From contig NW_005434616.1 in assembly GCF_000315625.1 (NCBI RefSeq), positions 124,001-188,000 of the forward strand: DNA of 64,000 nucleotides, in the 5' to 3' direction. Positions 50,782 to 64,000 of the stretch are shown one piece after another. Under the pieces are notes generated by a model that had not been told where the DNA came from, searched no databases, and saw only the letters and a list, made by a program, of their open reading frames with translations. Position numbers and translations under genes: made by a program. Position 1 is the first letter of the stretch. Each line of letters begins with the position of its first letter. Origin of the DNA: Guillardia theta CCMP2712 (taxonomy: Eukaryota > Protista > Cryptophyta).

Positions 50782-52098
50782 ATGGGACGTCCTGTGGCTT
50801 CGGAAGAGAATAAAGTGATAGCTCTGGCATACGCCAACGCTGTAAGACCTCCGACAAATGGTTGATTGCACTCTTACCATTGTGAACTTCAGGTTTCCAA
50901 AAATTTGCCTCCATCTTCTCGCTGTTTCATACCTCGCACTGGATGGCTGTCGCTGTATGAAGGCTTCAAGGAGTGCTGCCCGTCGGCGATTCGCGGCAGC
51001 GACTCTCTCATCGGCAGACAAGGACTTACGGAGATGGAATTCAACAAGCACATGGAAAGGAACGGCTACAAGAAAACAAGGGATCGTAGCACCTTCCTGC
51101 CAACGTCTCCTTGAGAGACCTAGCGAGACGCACAGGCAAGTGAAGGGAGAGGAAACGAAAATGTTGAGATGTCAGACGCGCTGACTTGCGTTGATCACAG
51201 GTGATCGATATATCTTCAGTGGCCGTCGATGGAAGAATCCTGACGACCGAGGCGAACTTGAAGAATTGAAGCAGGCTTGGATAGGTCTCAAAAACATGAT
51301 CGGCGTGTGCAGTTTTGAATCTTTCGTGCAATCCTGCCGCAATCGATATGCACGCTGTGAATATCTGGCAAATAACATGAGGATAAATCGAAGGAGACGA
51401 AGTGGCTCGACGCAACTCCAGCCGAAACAAGATGAATCCGATGCATCAACCCAGCTTGACAGCAATACATCGTATCAAGTAGCGAAAACTTCACCCTGGA
51501 TGTCATCGGGTCAGTCAGAATCTCAACTGATGCTGGACGATCCACAGGATACGATCGATCCCTCAGCATGCTCAAAGGAACTGAACACAGAGTGGTTGGC
51601 TCCAAACGGGTTTGACGGGCTCCTTTCAGATTGCCTGGAGGATGTTGATCTGGGCAATGATGACCATGCACCGCTAATATGCGACCACAGCGACCTCATC
51701 TCTAACTCACTTCATTCTTTTTCTCATCCAGATGTCTGAGTCATTCCCCTTAGATTTCTAGTAAAGTTTTTGCACTCTCAGCTTGGCAAGTGTCTGACGA
51801 TCAAGACAGTATGGCTGCGACACTGGTCAGAATCGAAGATGTAGATGTACTTCACTCTTCAGCCAGTAGCTCTTGGAGCACCCCTGAACCACTGCAACAG
51901 CTCCTACTCGACTCGTGCTCGTTTCAATCACTGACGGGGAAACGGAGAAGCGCAGATCCAAAAATTGACTCAGTGTCTTCACTCATCTCAGGTCCAAGCA
52001 TCACTTGCAGCGACATGCTCGGTGACGGGGCTGCTCCTTGCAACTTGCCTCCTCTTGAAGCTCTGCCATGCCCAGGCTTCACAGTCTTGCCAGGGTAA
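50782..52098 (+). CDS. Hypothetical protein with a putative RFX/D5-C-like winged-helix DNA-binding domain
   Basis: MGRPVASEENKVIALAYANA|VSKNLPPSSRCFIPRTGWLSLYEGFKECC..LTEMEFNKHMERNGYKKTRDR..|GDRYIFSGRRWKNP, then an acidic S-rich tail. 3' end uncertain (51739 or 52098). Confidence 0.5.
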
Positions 52099-52636
52099 GC
52101 CTTGTACCGCGAGAGTTTGTGCGGAACGGGCAACCCTCAGAGAGGAACTCGGAAACCATGCAAGACTGATCATGAAAAGCGAATGAATCCCTCCGACTGC
52201 AAAAAAGGGAAAGTATTGGAGTTCGTTGAGATGGAAGGTATACATGAGCGTTAGAACATATGACAGGCCCGCTAGTGGAGGCTGAATCTACTGAGTGAGG
52301 AACCTATCATGGAAACAACGGAATCTTGGAAATAATTGAATCTTTGTAACAATTGAATCCTTTCCATGCTCCATTGTCATCCTTTTTCGTTTGTTATCCT
52401 ACCAACGAAGTCTGAAGATTGGTTTCCAGCCTTGCTAGTGCGGTATTATGTTTGAACCATGCTAATACTTTCAAAAACAAAGTCGGAGAAAATTAGAATG
52501 CAGCATCAAAACGCAGCAGTCCAAAAACTGTATACTTGACTTTCAAATACATCACAATGATATAATTTTGCTTGAAGTTCCTCTTGATAGATTGTGATTC
52601 AATCAGTTTGCCTGATGTGCATAGAAGAATTTCCTT

Positions 52637-53065
52637 CTAGAGATCGTAAGGATTGAATCTGCTTCTTCTATCATCAGCAGAAAGAGAGCTGGGCTTCCTT
52701 TCTGAGAACCCTTGTTGCTTTGGCTTCAACTCCTGCACTGAACTCTTTTGCGATGCTCCTTTCATGTTCGACTTGTCCTTCATACCCATTCTCTTCTCCT
52801 TCTCCTCCTTTCTCCTCTCCTTCTTCGTCTTTTTCTTCTTGATGCTCGATAACTTTCGTGGCGCTGTGTTTCGGAATCTCCTCCCTCTTCCTTTCCCTCC
52901 TGCCGCGCCTCCACGGAGACACACAAACATCGAAGCGCTTGTCAAGCTCTTCAGCGAAGGAGCAGGAGCAGAAGCAGAGCATGATCCATTCAACGAAGTA
53001 AAGAGAAGGAGCAGGAGGAGCATGGAGCAGCGAAGAAGCGGCAGTGCCTGAGTTGTCATCCGCAT
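52637..53065 (-). CDS. Small basic protein with signal peptide and LRGG-ending leader
   Basis: Intronless ORF: MRMTTQALPLLRCSMLLLLLLFTSLNGSCSA..MFVCLRGG, then K/R-rich AAGGKGRGRRFRN..KKKKTKKERRKEEK..RFNPYDL*. Confidence 0.7.
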   Translation of the reverse strand: MRMTTQALPLLRCSMLLLLLLFTSLNGSCSASAPAPSLKSLTSASMFVCLRGGAAGGKGRGRRFRNTAPRKLSSIKKKKTKKERRKEEKEKRMGMKDKSNMKGASQKSSVQELKPKQQGFSERKPSSLSADDRRSRFNPYDL

Positions 53066-53152
53066 ACAAAGCGCCTCCTGGGCAAACCAACCGGATCCCA
53101 GCACTTTTACAGCCTTTTTGTTTTACCCACAACATAAAATAAAAAAACAATC

Positions 53153-54790
53153 TCAATTGTCCCACAGCGTCTTGTCTTGAGCTTCACCGACAGGCACAAA
53201 GGCATCGCTGAAAGCCTCGTCGAACATCCCTTCATCCTCTCGGCCCAGCACTCCCTCCTCCGAAGCTGCGGGAGAAGCCTGAGCCCCCGCAAGCACAGAA
53301 CGAAGACTTTTGACTTGAATCTTCCTGACTTGATCACCGTCAACTCCCTCCCGTTTGTCTTTGAACGCGTCGAAGTCTATCAGCGATTTTCTGTGCAAAG
53401 CTTGCTTGAACATGGCGGAAACATCTGATGGAGACGAAAGCTTCTCGTTTTTGCCATGAACCTTGGCTCGTGAAACTTGCTCATCGTCACTCTTTTCCAC
53501 AGTTTGTGAAGACAGCAGCTGCTTCACGCTTTCCTCTTTCGTAGACTTCTGAGTCTTCGTCTTCTTGACCTCCTGCTTCTCACCGCCGACCCTGGCATGA
53601 TGAGAAGGAAGTATCAGCGACAACAGCTCTTTCAAGCTGTCCTCCTTCTCTGGGTGAGGAGGCTTCGAGTCAGAGACGAGCTGCTTCAAGCTTCCTCCTT
53701 TCTTCGCCATTGGCACTGCTCTTTCCTTCCTTGGCTCGGCTAAATTCTCCTCCCTCACCACAGCATGTGAAGGACGCTGCGAAACAGCAGGCACTTCCGA
53801 CTTCATGGTCACATCCTTGCTTACTGTGGCATGAGAGGGAGGTTGCATCAGGGACAGCAGCTCCTTCAGGCTGTCATCTCTCTTTCCCTTAGCTTTGGAA
53901 TCACCACGAATACCATTTGATGATTTCGAGGGTGGGATGCCTGCGCAAACAACGTTTCAAAAGCCATCTCAAGATCAAGAACTGAAATTTGCATGTCTTA
54001 CCTTCCTTCACATCAGAATTTTTTGAACCATTTTCATGCTTTGCCTGAAGTCTAGCAAGCGCGGCAGATTTGACATCTATCTCACTAGCCTTCAAGCTGG
54101 AGAGATCAATCGCCGCAGAGTCAAAGGCACGATTAACCAATTTTGATGCTTCCATCGAAACAGCTTTGTCTGCTGCTATATTCTTGCTCGGCTTTCTATT
54201 GTCTCGATCATCGTTCCCAAAGTGTGCGTCAGACGATGACAACATCATTGCATGTTTTGGTGCTGAAATCGCGAGACCATGGCGTGGCAAGATCATCGTC
54301 CGCTTCCCATGAGCTTCATTCTTAAAGGAGGATGCAGCTAGCTCCTCGGAGCGAACCTGCGAAAGAGCATGTCTTGCTTTGGCCACCTTCAGCTGTGCAG
54401 GGTTTGGTGTAGGCTCATCGAAATAGGATTGCGCTAGTTGGAGTGCTCGGGCTTCATCAAGTTCCTGCGGAAATTCATCAGACGTGACCGATCGAACTAT
54501 GACACCTACCACATCACTCTTCTCCTCATCGCGTCGAACATACACTATGACCACCAAAGCAAGAAAAGCTGCTGAAACCAACACGCCGATGCGCCGGCTT
54601 GGGACCTGTCATGGATTTTAGAACTGAAAGATGCGGTGAGATTATATTAACAGCACAGGCCCGATCCTGTTTCTGATCCTTTCTCCCTATTTCCATACCC
54701 TCTGCTCCCTCTGCTCCCTCTGCTCCCTCTGCTCCCTCTGCTCCCTCTGCTCCCTCTCCTCCCTCTCCTTACCTTCACCTTGCCACTCAT
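53153..54790 (-). CDS. Signal-anchored/secreted hypothetical protein (K/S/E-rich)
   Basis: Hydrophobic IGVLVSAAFLALVVIVYV followed by two long ORFs (53901-54584 and 53153-53848) linked by short introns. Confidence 0.65.
54698..54765. repeat. (CTCTGCTCC)n 9-mer intronic tandem repeat
   Basis: About 6-7 copies seen. Confidence 0.9.
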
Positions 54791-54959
54791 GTCGCCAAGC
54801 ACTGAGCAATCTGCATCAAACTATTTCGGCTCGCGGTGCCCTCATCCCCAGGATGATTGTTTTACTCAATCTGAGAGTTGAGGAATACCCCCCTTTCCAT
54901 ATTCTGAAAGGGGGTACTTATCTCGGGGGTACTGTATCCTCCAAGCAACTCTAGGCAGG

Positions 54960-57234
54960 ATGAATCCAAGGAAGAAGCTGAAGATGAGCCCGCAGTGGTC
55001 GCTCGTCGTTTCGTCATGCTCTTGCGAGGAAGGCAGAGAATGCTTCTCTCCAGCATGCTCCGCAGTGCAGAAGAGTTATCATGACATCATGATGCGCTTG
55101 GAGGAAGAGGGCGAAATATTGCCAGGAACGGAGGAACGACTGGCGATGATTCGTTCAGTATCGAATAGTGAGATCGAAAGTGTTGGTGCTGAGGAAAGAG
55201 GCGAAAATGATAACCAAGATGAAGTTTCGCCGTCTGGAAGTGATCTGTTGACATGCTCCTCGATCTATCTGCCAACAGAGCGGCAAGGCGACCCTTTGAA
55301 AGCTACTCAATTTGGCACACAGGGCCTCTCTGGATTTGATTGTTGTTCTTCTGCAGCGCAAGGAACTTTTCAAAGTCAACAAAAGAATGAGATGTTCAAC
55401 AAGTCCTTGTTGAGATCCTGGATGGACCCGGAGTTAGCAAGGAAGTGCTTGCTTCTTGCGTGGTGGAATGTACGAAGGCCCCACAGTGCCCAAGAACAGC
55501 TTTCGGAGGCAAGGACACATGGGAGTTACATGGACAACGAGATGAACTCATGTGTGAGACATCCAGAGCATGATGTGAGAACTTAAACGTTGTTTGCAAC
55601 GAATTCGTCGATCTCGCCCTGACGGTCACTACAGGCAATCTTGAAGGTTTTCAACATGGGCCATCGATTGATGCTGGCTCTGAACTTCTCGGAGTACAGC
55701 CTATCCTTGTGGGAGTCTTCTGGTAGAATATACTACAATTCGTTGAATCAGCATGGTGAGAGTCTGCGATTGATTGTGCATTTTTCCTCTGAATGACGCC
55801 AACTGCCACCAGGGAGACATTCTGCAGAATATCTGGAAATACTAAGAAAAACAAGAGAAAAAAATGTGATTATCAGCAGGCTCCGCCATAGGTATAAAGA
55901 ATTCTTCAGCGAAATGGTCCAAAGTTTATCTTGTATCGCTTTGGAGCGATTTTGTTCTGCAGTCTTGCTGGACTTGTTTGAAAACGAGATCGAGATAAAG
56001 ATGAAATCCATCGGAGGGAAATACCTTACTCCGGTTGCTGACGTCTTGCATCGAATGGCCTATTCCACAAGAATCGTAGGGATCGATCTGCAGGATATTG
56101 TAAAACTTGCAACGCAGTGCAACACGCTGGAAGAATTGCAGGCTTTGCTTCACGAATCCAAGCTACATGTTCAAACGAAACATGAGCATGACAACTGTAG
56201 CTTTGTGGTCGAGGTATTTGGCAAACATAGATTTCAGGTTAAAACTTTTCTGTGATCAGTTCTTCATGGTTTTAATGCGATTGATAGGATTTCAAGATGG
56301 CTTTGAACAGCATGCATGCGTCAATCTTGGACAGAAACAAACAGCTTCCGCACTTGTGCCCCCGATCTGTCCTCGTGAAAATCGTCGGTGCGCTTTCATC
56401 TACAGTGAAGAAACTTGATGGACCATCCACGACTTTGCACGCTTGCGGTGCATTCCGGTGCTCACATCTGGATGCTCATCGATCTACTCTGACCTTGCGT
56501 GACTTGATGGCACAAACAGGCGCGGCGCTCACTTTGCCGATACTCTTGACCTGTGCATGTTCGCACCAGCCGATTCCATTCCGAGACTCCGAGCTGTAGA
56601 CTACTTCAGCGACGTCGTCTCCAAGACTCCTCAGATCTGCGGGCATGCGCTCTCTGTTGGTGAGCACACAGTTGATCTCAATAGATCAGGTGCCGCGCTG
56701 ACTTTGAGCGTTTGCAGAGCGATGGTTGGACACGATGCAGGAACGATGCTGGGCCCACGTGACCGTAAGGCGCCAGATGGAGGTCGACATGTACTACCAT
56801 GTCTTGGTTGATTTCAAAATCTTGCCGAAGGAGAGGTGAGCTATTGCTATTGCTTAACTTGTCTCTGTTCGTTCTCAAGGTTAAAAATTGCCAGCCAAGG
56901 AATATCCATGCTACTTTTCACGGGGCCATCACGGTTCTACAAATCATTGCTGATGAAAGAGCGAAATTTCCCGGTAATGTCCTGTGTTTCATAAACTCTT
57001 GTGCTGAATGTTCGATTGGAGGTAAATCTAGAAGAAATCCTCAAGGGAGCCTGCCCCTCTGGTCCTCGACGTCAGGGCTCGAATGGCTGTGAAGCGACCG
57101 GTGAAAGCTGGTGGAATGACATGAGCGAAGGGGAAATACTCGAGAGCATGAGTATCTCGCCAAGGATGCGAGACCCTGTGCAGCGAAATGACTTTTGCTT
57201 GCCTTTTACTTCCATCCAAGAGAACCACTTGTGA
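54960..57234 (+). CDS. Hypothetical multi-exon protein with N-terminal Cys cluster
   Basis: MNPRKKLK (NLS-like), CSCEEGRECFSPAC, then a series of + strand ORFs to TGA at 57234. No confident domain. Confidence 0.5.
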
Positions 57235-57430
57235 TAATCAAGAATCAAAATTTATTAAATGTGATTAAAAAACAGAAAGCTTCAGAAGTGAAGCAGAAAG
57301 CTTGCAGGGTTTTATATTCCTTGAATGAAGTCCCTAGTTTCCTAGGAGTCATTCTTGGCACATTCTTGTCTACAAGTCCGCATTAGTCGCAATTAAACTG
57401 CAACCTCGATGTTTCAGGTTTTAAATTCCT

Positions 57431-57799
<369 letters not shown>

Positions 57800-58690
57800 C
57801 TAGTAGCAAGCTAACAGTACTCCTTACCGTAGGGGCCTTACCTGCCTAGGGACTAAAACAAATCGAAACAACTTGCCAGGTTTACTGATATTTAGCGCAC
57901 GGGGGCCGGGTGCTTTGTACAGGGTGGGGTAGAGAAAGGCTCTGAAGGAGGGGTACTCTCTCCCGGGACACACAACCTGGTTGAACTCGGCGGCGGCCGG
58001 GCGGCAGTCCGCGTGACCGGGTGCCCCGCGGCCACGCCGGGGGCCCGCACGGAGGCTAGCACGTATGATGGTGACGCCGACGCCGGCGGCCAGACGTCCG
58101 ACACTCAGTCACTGGCCCTCACTCGGTCGCAGTACGGTCCAACGGCGTCCGAGCAGTAAGCCGCCTTTCAAGTGCCGCTGTGCGACCGGACGTGAAGCGG
58201 CTCCGAGTTCTTGTCCACAGTGACCGTGCCGGTGACGTTGGCGGGAGTCCGATCGGACAGCCCGGCCCGACGACTAGGCTCAGGCCAATGATCTAACGGT
58301 CCTGGTAACGCCTACATAACCGAATGAAACGCCTGGAAGAATTTCCCGCCCGCATGGCAGACTGCGAGCGGAGTGGCTGAAGTGAGAGTGCGGAGAGATG
58401 AAGTCGAGTAAAGGAAAGAGGAAACGCTCGAAACCACAGCCGTCATATAGACGATGAAAGTTCGACAATACTCTGCACAGGACCTGAGCTGCAGGTAGAC
58501 ACTCAGAGGAAGCAAAGTCAGAGAAATGGTTAGGATTCTTTGACAGCCCCGCTGCATCGTCATTCAGCGAAGCCGAGGAGCTAGCTTGAAAGCTAGTGCG
58601 ATTCTTGGGGGCAACGTGTGATGTCGTGACCTCTCTGCAGTGGGATTCTAGAAATCATCCTCGTCGGCATGCACTCGTAAGGCAGTCCCG

Positions 58691-61600
58691 ATGCGTCGGG
58701 CTGGTCGTAGCCTGCTTTTGCTTCTTTTGTGTATATGCAGATATTCCGAGACGAACAGAATGGGAGGATCTTCGAAATCATATGGGAAGTGTGCTCATGC
58801 AAATCACGATGTTGTCTTAAGGCTGCGTGGAGGAATATTGCTCCATTCCCCGAAACCAGATGAGGCCAGGCACAAACGAGTGTCGCTGCACGAACCAGTA
58901 TCCAGCCAGATGAACGACAGTCCGATGCCAGGTCTTCGCCGCAAAGACATCAGGCAGGACAGATATCCCAAGTCAATACAGAAGGAGATGAACAGCATGA
59001 AGCGAGATGAGTCGAAGTCCGGCATCGGCAATGGCGCAGTTCCAGAGGCGTTTGCTAGCTTCGGGGAGGTGGTCACTGTAGAGCCGACAGAAGAACACAC
59101 AGCCACAGTCATCTGGCTACATGGATTGGGCGATACTGGCCATACATGGTCGGCAGTAGCATCCTGGCTCCAGATGCCTTGGTGTAAATTCATCTTCCCC
59201 ACTGCACCTGCACAGCCGGTGAGTATGTTTGCTCAGAAGGTGAGGGTTGAAGTCCTGACCCTTAGGAAACTGTCAGGTGTCAATGAAATTCGGCTATGCG
59301 ATGCCTTCATGGTTTGATTTCAACTCTCTGGACGTACACGACATCGATGAGGACGCGGAGAGCATGGGAGTGAGTGTGGAGTATGTGCATTGGCTGATAG
59401 CCAAGGAGATGAAGCACGGCATCAACCCTCAGCGAATCCTGGTGGTTGGTTTTGCGCAGGGTGGGTCTGTAGCTCTGATGAGCGCGGTCAGATCTCGGGG
59501 CAGGTAAGGCCTATTTGAGGAAGGGAAGGGGCTGCGTGGTCTGACCTGAAGTTAGGTTGGGCGGAATTTTGGCACTGAGCAGCTGGTTGCCAAAGATATC
59601 GTTGGAAGGAGGGGGGCCCACGAAGGCAGCGTTGAAGATTCCATTCTGGTTCTACCATGGGACAGACGACAAGGTCCACACGTCCTCTCATTCGCTTTGC
59701 CATGGGTTTGAATGTTCTCAGGTGGTCAAGTTCGAACTTGGATGTGAGAGTTACACCAGAGCGCTTCAACTTGGATTGAGGGCTCAGTTTAAACAATACG
59801 AAGGGTTGGGCCACGAGTACGGGAGCCAGGAGATGATCGATGTTCAGAAGTTCTTCTTCCGAAGGATCCCTGAAGACTTGGCAGACACGGTACTGGCGGC
59901 GTTTTCACAGCCACATCATGATGTTTACGATAAGGTTTGCAGGTACCGGAGCCATTCGATGATAATAGCAAAGTTTTGAAAAGTATTCAGTTATCTGTAA
60001 CTCGTAAACAGGAACGCTTCAGGTACACAGTTGGAGGCGTCTCAGCGTTTTTCAACGCTCCATGGCAATTCGCAATTTCGTCAGGATTGTTCAAGAAGGA
60101 GGGAATTCATGTTGAATGGCAAGATTGCCAAGGGGGAACAGGAAGCATGGTCGATCATCTCAACAATGGTTCGCTCGATATAGCTATCTTATCAACAGAT
60201 GGAGCACTAGCAGAGATTACTCAGGGCGGCCTCTACCGTATAATTGCTCCCTTTGTAGATTCTCCGTTGAAGTATGGAGTCTATGTATCGGCTGAATCCG
60301 ACATCCGAAGTTGCCACGAGCTAGAGGGGACGATCTTTGCCATAAGTCGCAAAGGATCACTGAGCCACGTCATGACTTACCTGCATGCTACCCAATCGAA
60401 TTGGAATCCTAAGAACTGGGACAAGACTAGAGCATCACTGCTTGAGGTTGGAAATCTCGCAGGAGCTCGAGCAGCGCTGCGGAACGGCAAGGCTGATGGA
60501 TTTCTATGGGAAGTAGGGGCAGCAAAGACCCTTGTTGACAAGGGAGAGATTCGACTGATAGGATATTGTTCTACTCCCTGGCCAAGTTTTGTGATTGCTG
60601 CCAGGAACGAGTTGTTGGAAAGCAGAGATGGGATAAAGGGCTTACAGCTACTTCTTGATTGTATGAAGCAGGCTTGCCACGACTTTCAAGATTGGTCTGG
60701 CAGGATGAATCTTATGGTGCAGAAATATGGGATCAAGCCCGATGATGCTCGAGCGAGGCTGGAAGAAACCAGTTGGTCGTGCGAAAACAGAATGGCTGAC
60801 GAGGTGCTGGACGAAGTTGCTTTCACGTTGGTGGCCGTTGGGCTGCTCAAGACGTTCCCTGCTACTGATGACATCTTTGCATCTCTTGCAGATCTGAGAT
60901 TGCACTTTGAATCCAATGTGAACGAAGATGGCGGAGAGGAGATGTTCGAAGAAGCAGAAGCTGGAGAGAAGGCTGGCAGTGCGAAGACATACCAGCAGCA
61001 CGCATGGAATGATGACTTGCAGCAGTTGCCTTCATCTCAAGAAGCGCCCCATGACGTCAGCACCGATTCTTCTATGCCTTCTTACGAGCCTGAATTCAAG
61101 AAAACAGAGGAGGGAACTTATGAGGTTACGGGGATGACCGGGGAGGTACACGACCTGCTGAAAGGGAGGAAAATGACCAGCACGTGGCGTCCTTCGAACG
61201 TCATCAAGCCTGCAGTAACGCATCAGGAGCGCCATGATGAAGACGATCAGATCTCAGCGATCCTAGAGAAGAGCGCGATGCTGTCCTCGAAGTATCCAGA
61301 AAGGAACTCACAGCTGTCTCAACCGTACGGCCACCCCACACCTAGAACCGATTCCGCGCACGTGCGATTCGAGCATTGCACATCTGGCAAGAGCTATGCG
61401 TTCTCTGGAGAGTCTTACCTGAGCCACCCTGGGTTTTCATCCAGGGGGAAGCGAGAAGAAGTGTCGGTTGATAACCGTCAGGATTCTAGTCGCCATGAAG
61501 ACAAGTACAGTGAAAGGCCGTCGGATGTGAAAGCTCCTGTGAGGTCTAGAGCAACCTCTCCGAACCTCACGCCCCAGCTCGACCCGTCGTCTTCCTCCGT

Positions 61601-64000
61601 CTCCTCCAATGCCCGCGTCAAGAACGTTGCGCTCAGCCTCAGGAAGCTCCGTGACTCGGCCGTTGCGATGCGAAAGTCAGCGGCCAAGGCCCTGCGAGGC
61701 TCGTCAGATGGCTCGCTCTCCTCTCCCTACCAGCAAGTCCCTCCAGTCAATCTCTTCAGGAATGCTACTGGTGAAGCGCAAGAAATCAACAACCGGGTCT
61801 CCAACTCGAATCCCTCACGATTGGAAACTCAGACACAGACCAGAGCAGGTCGGGAAACGGGAGACATTTCAAGCTTGAAGACGTCAGATTCTGCTACGTT
61901 CCATGGAGGTCATAGTCTAGAGGACCACACGGTTGAGTTCAGGCACACGTTGCGCAAGAGTGTGCACAGAGATGTCAGATCTCACCAGGTGATGCGACCT
62001 AAGTCGCTCTTTGACCATGCCGGGCCGGAGGAGCAGACGATGAAACGGGAGGAGTGCCCGATCTGCCTTGAGAGCATCGACCCTGACCAGGCGTTCCTCA
62101 CGACGTGTGCACACAAGTTTCACAAGTCGTGCTATGATGAATACTCTAGAATGTCCTCAGTAGCCAACAAGAGACAGTGCCCTGTTTGCCGAACAGCTCA
62201 GCACACGCGGGAGACGTTCTCGTGGGAAGTTGAGGACTCTGGGCCCCAGCGACCGGCGGAGTCGATGGGCAACGACGTTGGGGGAGATTTCAACGAGCTT
62301 TCGAGGCGAGACGGGCTCTTCATTGATACAAGATTCTATGACGACACAGCCGTCAACTCGCCCCGAGTTGGGGAGGCGACTTACGAGATGTCGCAGGAGT
62401 ACACGCAGAGGCCAAACCGAGTTTTTGCCAACAGCCCCTTGATGTCTACCGTCATGAAGCGGAAACCGGATGAAGAATCCGATCACCACAAGCACGACCT
62501 TGCTTCGATGCCCCTCTACTCGGGCGTGAAGAAATCCGCGGTCGAACCTATCAAGGACAACTCTCGCTGGACGGACTCAGTTCTGTTCTCGCAAGACGTC
62601 CCTGCCAACGCAAGGCCGACCTCCTCCCTTCACAGACCGTCGAACGCGCAAGCACCAGCCGCTTCTGCCCCGAGACTCGATCTACGGGAGCTTGGGTCGC
62701 ACTCGATGGAATTTCACAGCATTGCGACGCAGATGTTCACGACAGGAAAGGTGGGCCTGGGGTCATCGAAAGAAGTCACATCGCAAGTACCAGAAGCCAC
62801 TAGGAAGGCAGAGCGACTCGAGAGCACCAAGTCAGAGTCTTCAGCTCATGCCCGTCCTCGTCCTGAGGCGGGGGATCCGAGAGCCGCGCGAGTTCGTGTG
62901 GTGGGGATTGAGAAAGTTACACAACACTCGAGCTTCAAAGAGGCTGTGAGAGAGGCCAACAAAGGCAGCGCCAAGGTGATCGTGGGTGCCGGACGCCACG
63001 AATGGGAAGGGGACGCGACGTTCCGAAGAACAGAGATGAACGTGACAGCAGAGGAAGGAGCGACGATGCTGAGCCAGGTAAGCGAGCAGAAGTTCCTGCC
63101 CCCCTGACGCAAAATGCCAGTGGCTGTTCAAGGAGGCCAGCGGAGGGTCCCTCAACGCCCTTGCCTGTGTCTTCGTTGCTCCAGACCTCTCCGAGCCTTG
63201 CATGCTCTTCTGGGGGGGGCCATGGCTTGTCGACCGCTCGAGCGTCCGCAGCAACGGCGGCATCGCCATCATGAGCGCTGAGCAGGCAGCAGTGATGATG
63301 CGGAGGTAGTTGAGGGGTTGCTGCGAGTGTGGGGCTGACCGAGGGCTGCAGTTGCAAGGCAGGCGGAGTGTCAGAGGACGAGATGGCATCGACGGGGTTG
63401 AGCATCGGGGGGGCGAGCAGATGCATCCTTGAGCAGTGTGAGATCGGCTTCGCGGGGACGAGAAGAGGAGGAGGAGCAGGAGTACGGGTCAGTGGAGAAC
63501 GCTGGTGTGACTGCGATCGACTGATGGTCACGAAGGTGATGGACGATGGGAAGGCGTCTATTGAACTTTCGACGATCGCCAACGTGAGGCTTCTCCCCAT
63601 CGCCCGTCCCTCCTCCACTCCTATTCCCTCCTGCCATTCTCCTTCCTTTCCCATTCCCTCCTTCCACTCACTCCCTCCTCACCTCCTCAACTACTCCTCT
63701 CCTCCCCTTCGACTCCACTTCGTGTCCTCCCCGCCTGACGTCACCCAGGTCTCCTACTGCATCTCCATCTATGGATCCGCCAAGGTCCTCGTGCGCGAGT
63801 GTTCGCTCGCCTCCGCCAGGTCTTGTCTGCCTCCTCCTGCTGGGCTGACAGCTAGGCAGGATGAGCGCCTTCTACGCAGAGGCAGGGAGCTCGAGAGCAT
63901 CTCTGCAGCTGAAGAGATGCTCCGTCACCTGCCGCAAGGTAGGAGGGAGCTGGGCAAGTTCGAGACGCTGAGCCAGATGATTGCAGGAGTGGTACAACCC
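58691..64000 (+). CDS. Multidomain fusion: signal peptide + VLRLRGG leader, APT1-like thioesterase fold (nucleophile Ser to Ala), type 2 solute-binding domain (NMT1/THI5/Ca3427-like), RING-H2, probable right-handed beta-helix; runs off the window
   Basis: ATVIWLHGLGDTG, KFIFPTAP, MPSWFD, GFAQGG, HGTDDKV, GLGH. In-frame intron 59890-59942 joins to GGVSAFFNAPW..GGTGSMV..DIAILSTDG..SRKGSLSH..FLWE..TPWPSF. RING CPIC..CAHKFHKSC..CPVC (~62055-62192). Then SFKEAVREANKGSAKVIVGAGRHEW..WLFKEASGG..RCILEQCEIG. Confidence 0.8.

Overview
Gene-dense eukaryotic nuclear DNA with many short (~40-60 nt) spliceosomal introns, GA/CT/CCT microsatellites and one 100-N assembly gap. Bipartite plastid leaders (signal peptide + Phe), intron style and gene families point to an alga with a complex red plastid, most likely a cryptophyte such as Guillardia theta (inference). 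About 25 protein-coding genes are supportable. Clear ones: enoyl-CoA hydratase, a Sel1-repeat protein, two 2OG-Fe(II) oxygenases, a tandem cNMP-binding protein, a septin, a giant IPT/TIG membrane protein, an LpxL/HtrB-family acyltransferase, coproporphyrinogen III oxidase and histone H4. I found no tRNA, rRNA, CRISPR array or autonomous transposon. Most interesting observations: (1) three unrelated genes have a signal peptide followed by a leader ending in a ubiquitin-C-terminus mimic (LRGG/VLRLRGG), a candidate deubiquitinase-cleaved targeting system; (2) a fusion of a Ser-to-Ala thioesterase, a solute-binding domain, a RING-H2 and a beta-helix; (3) a SPRY-RRM-TIR protein; (4) a septin that seems to carry a bipartite leader; (5) an exact 17-bp non-coding motif, TTTACTCAAAGTTAAGT, four times next to GC-rich upstream islands; (6) a secreted protein with 18 Trp-anchored ~20-aa repeats. 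All exon models were spliced by eye and gene ends are approximate where stated.
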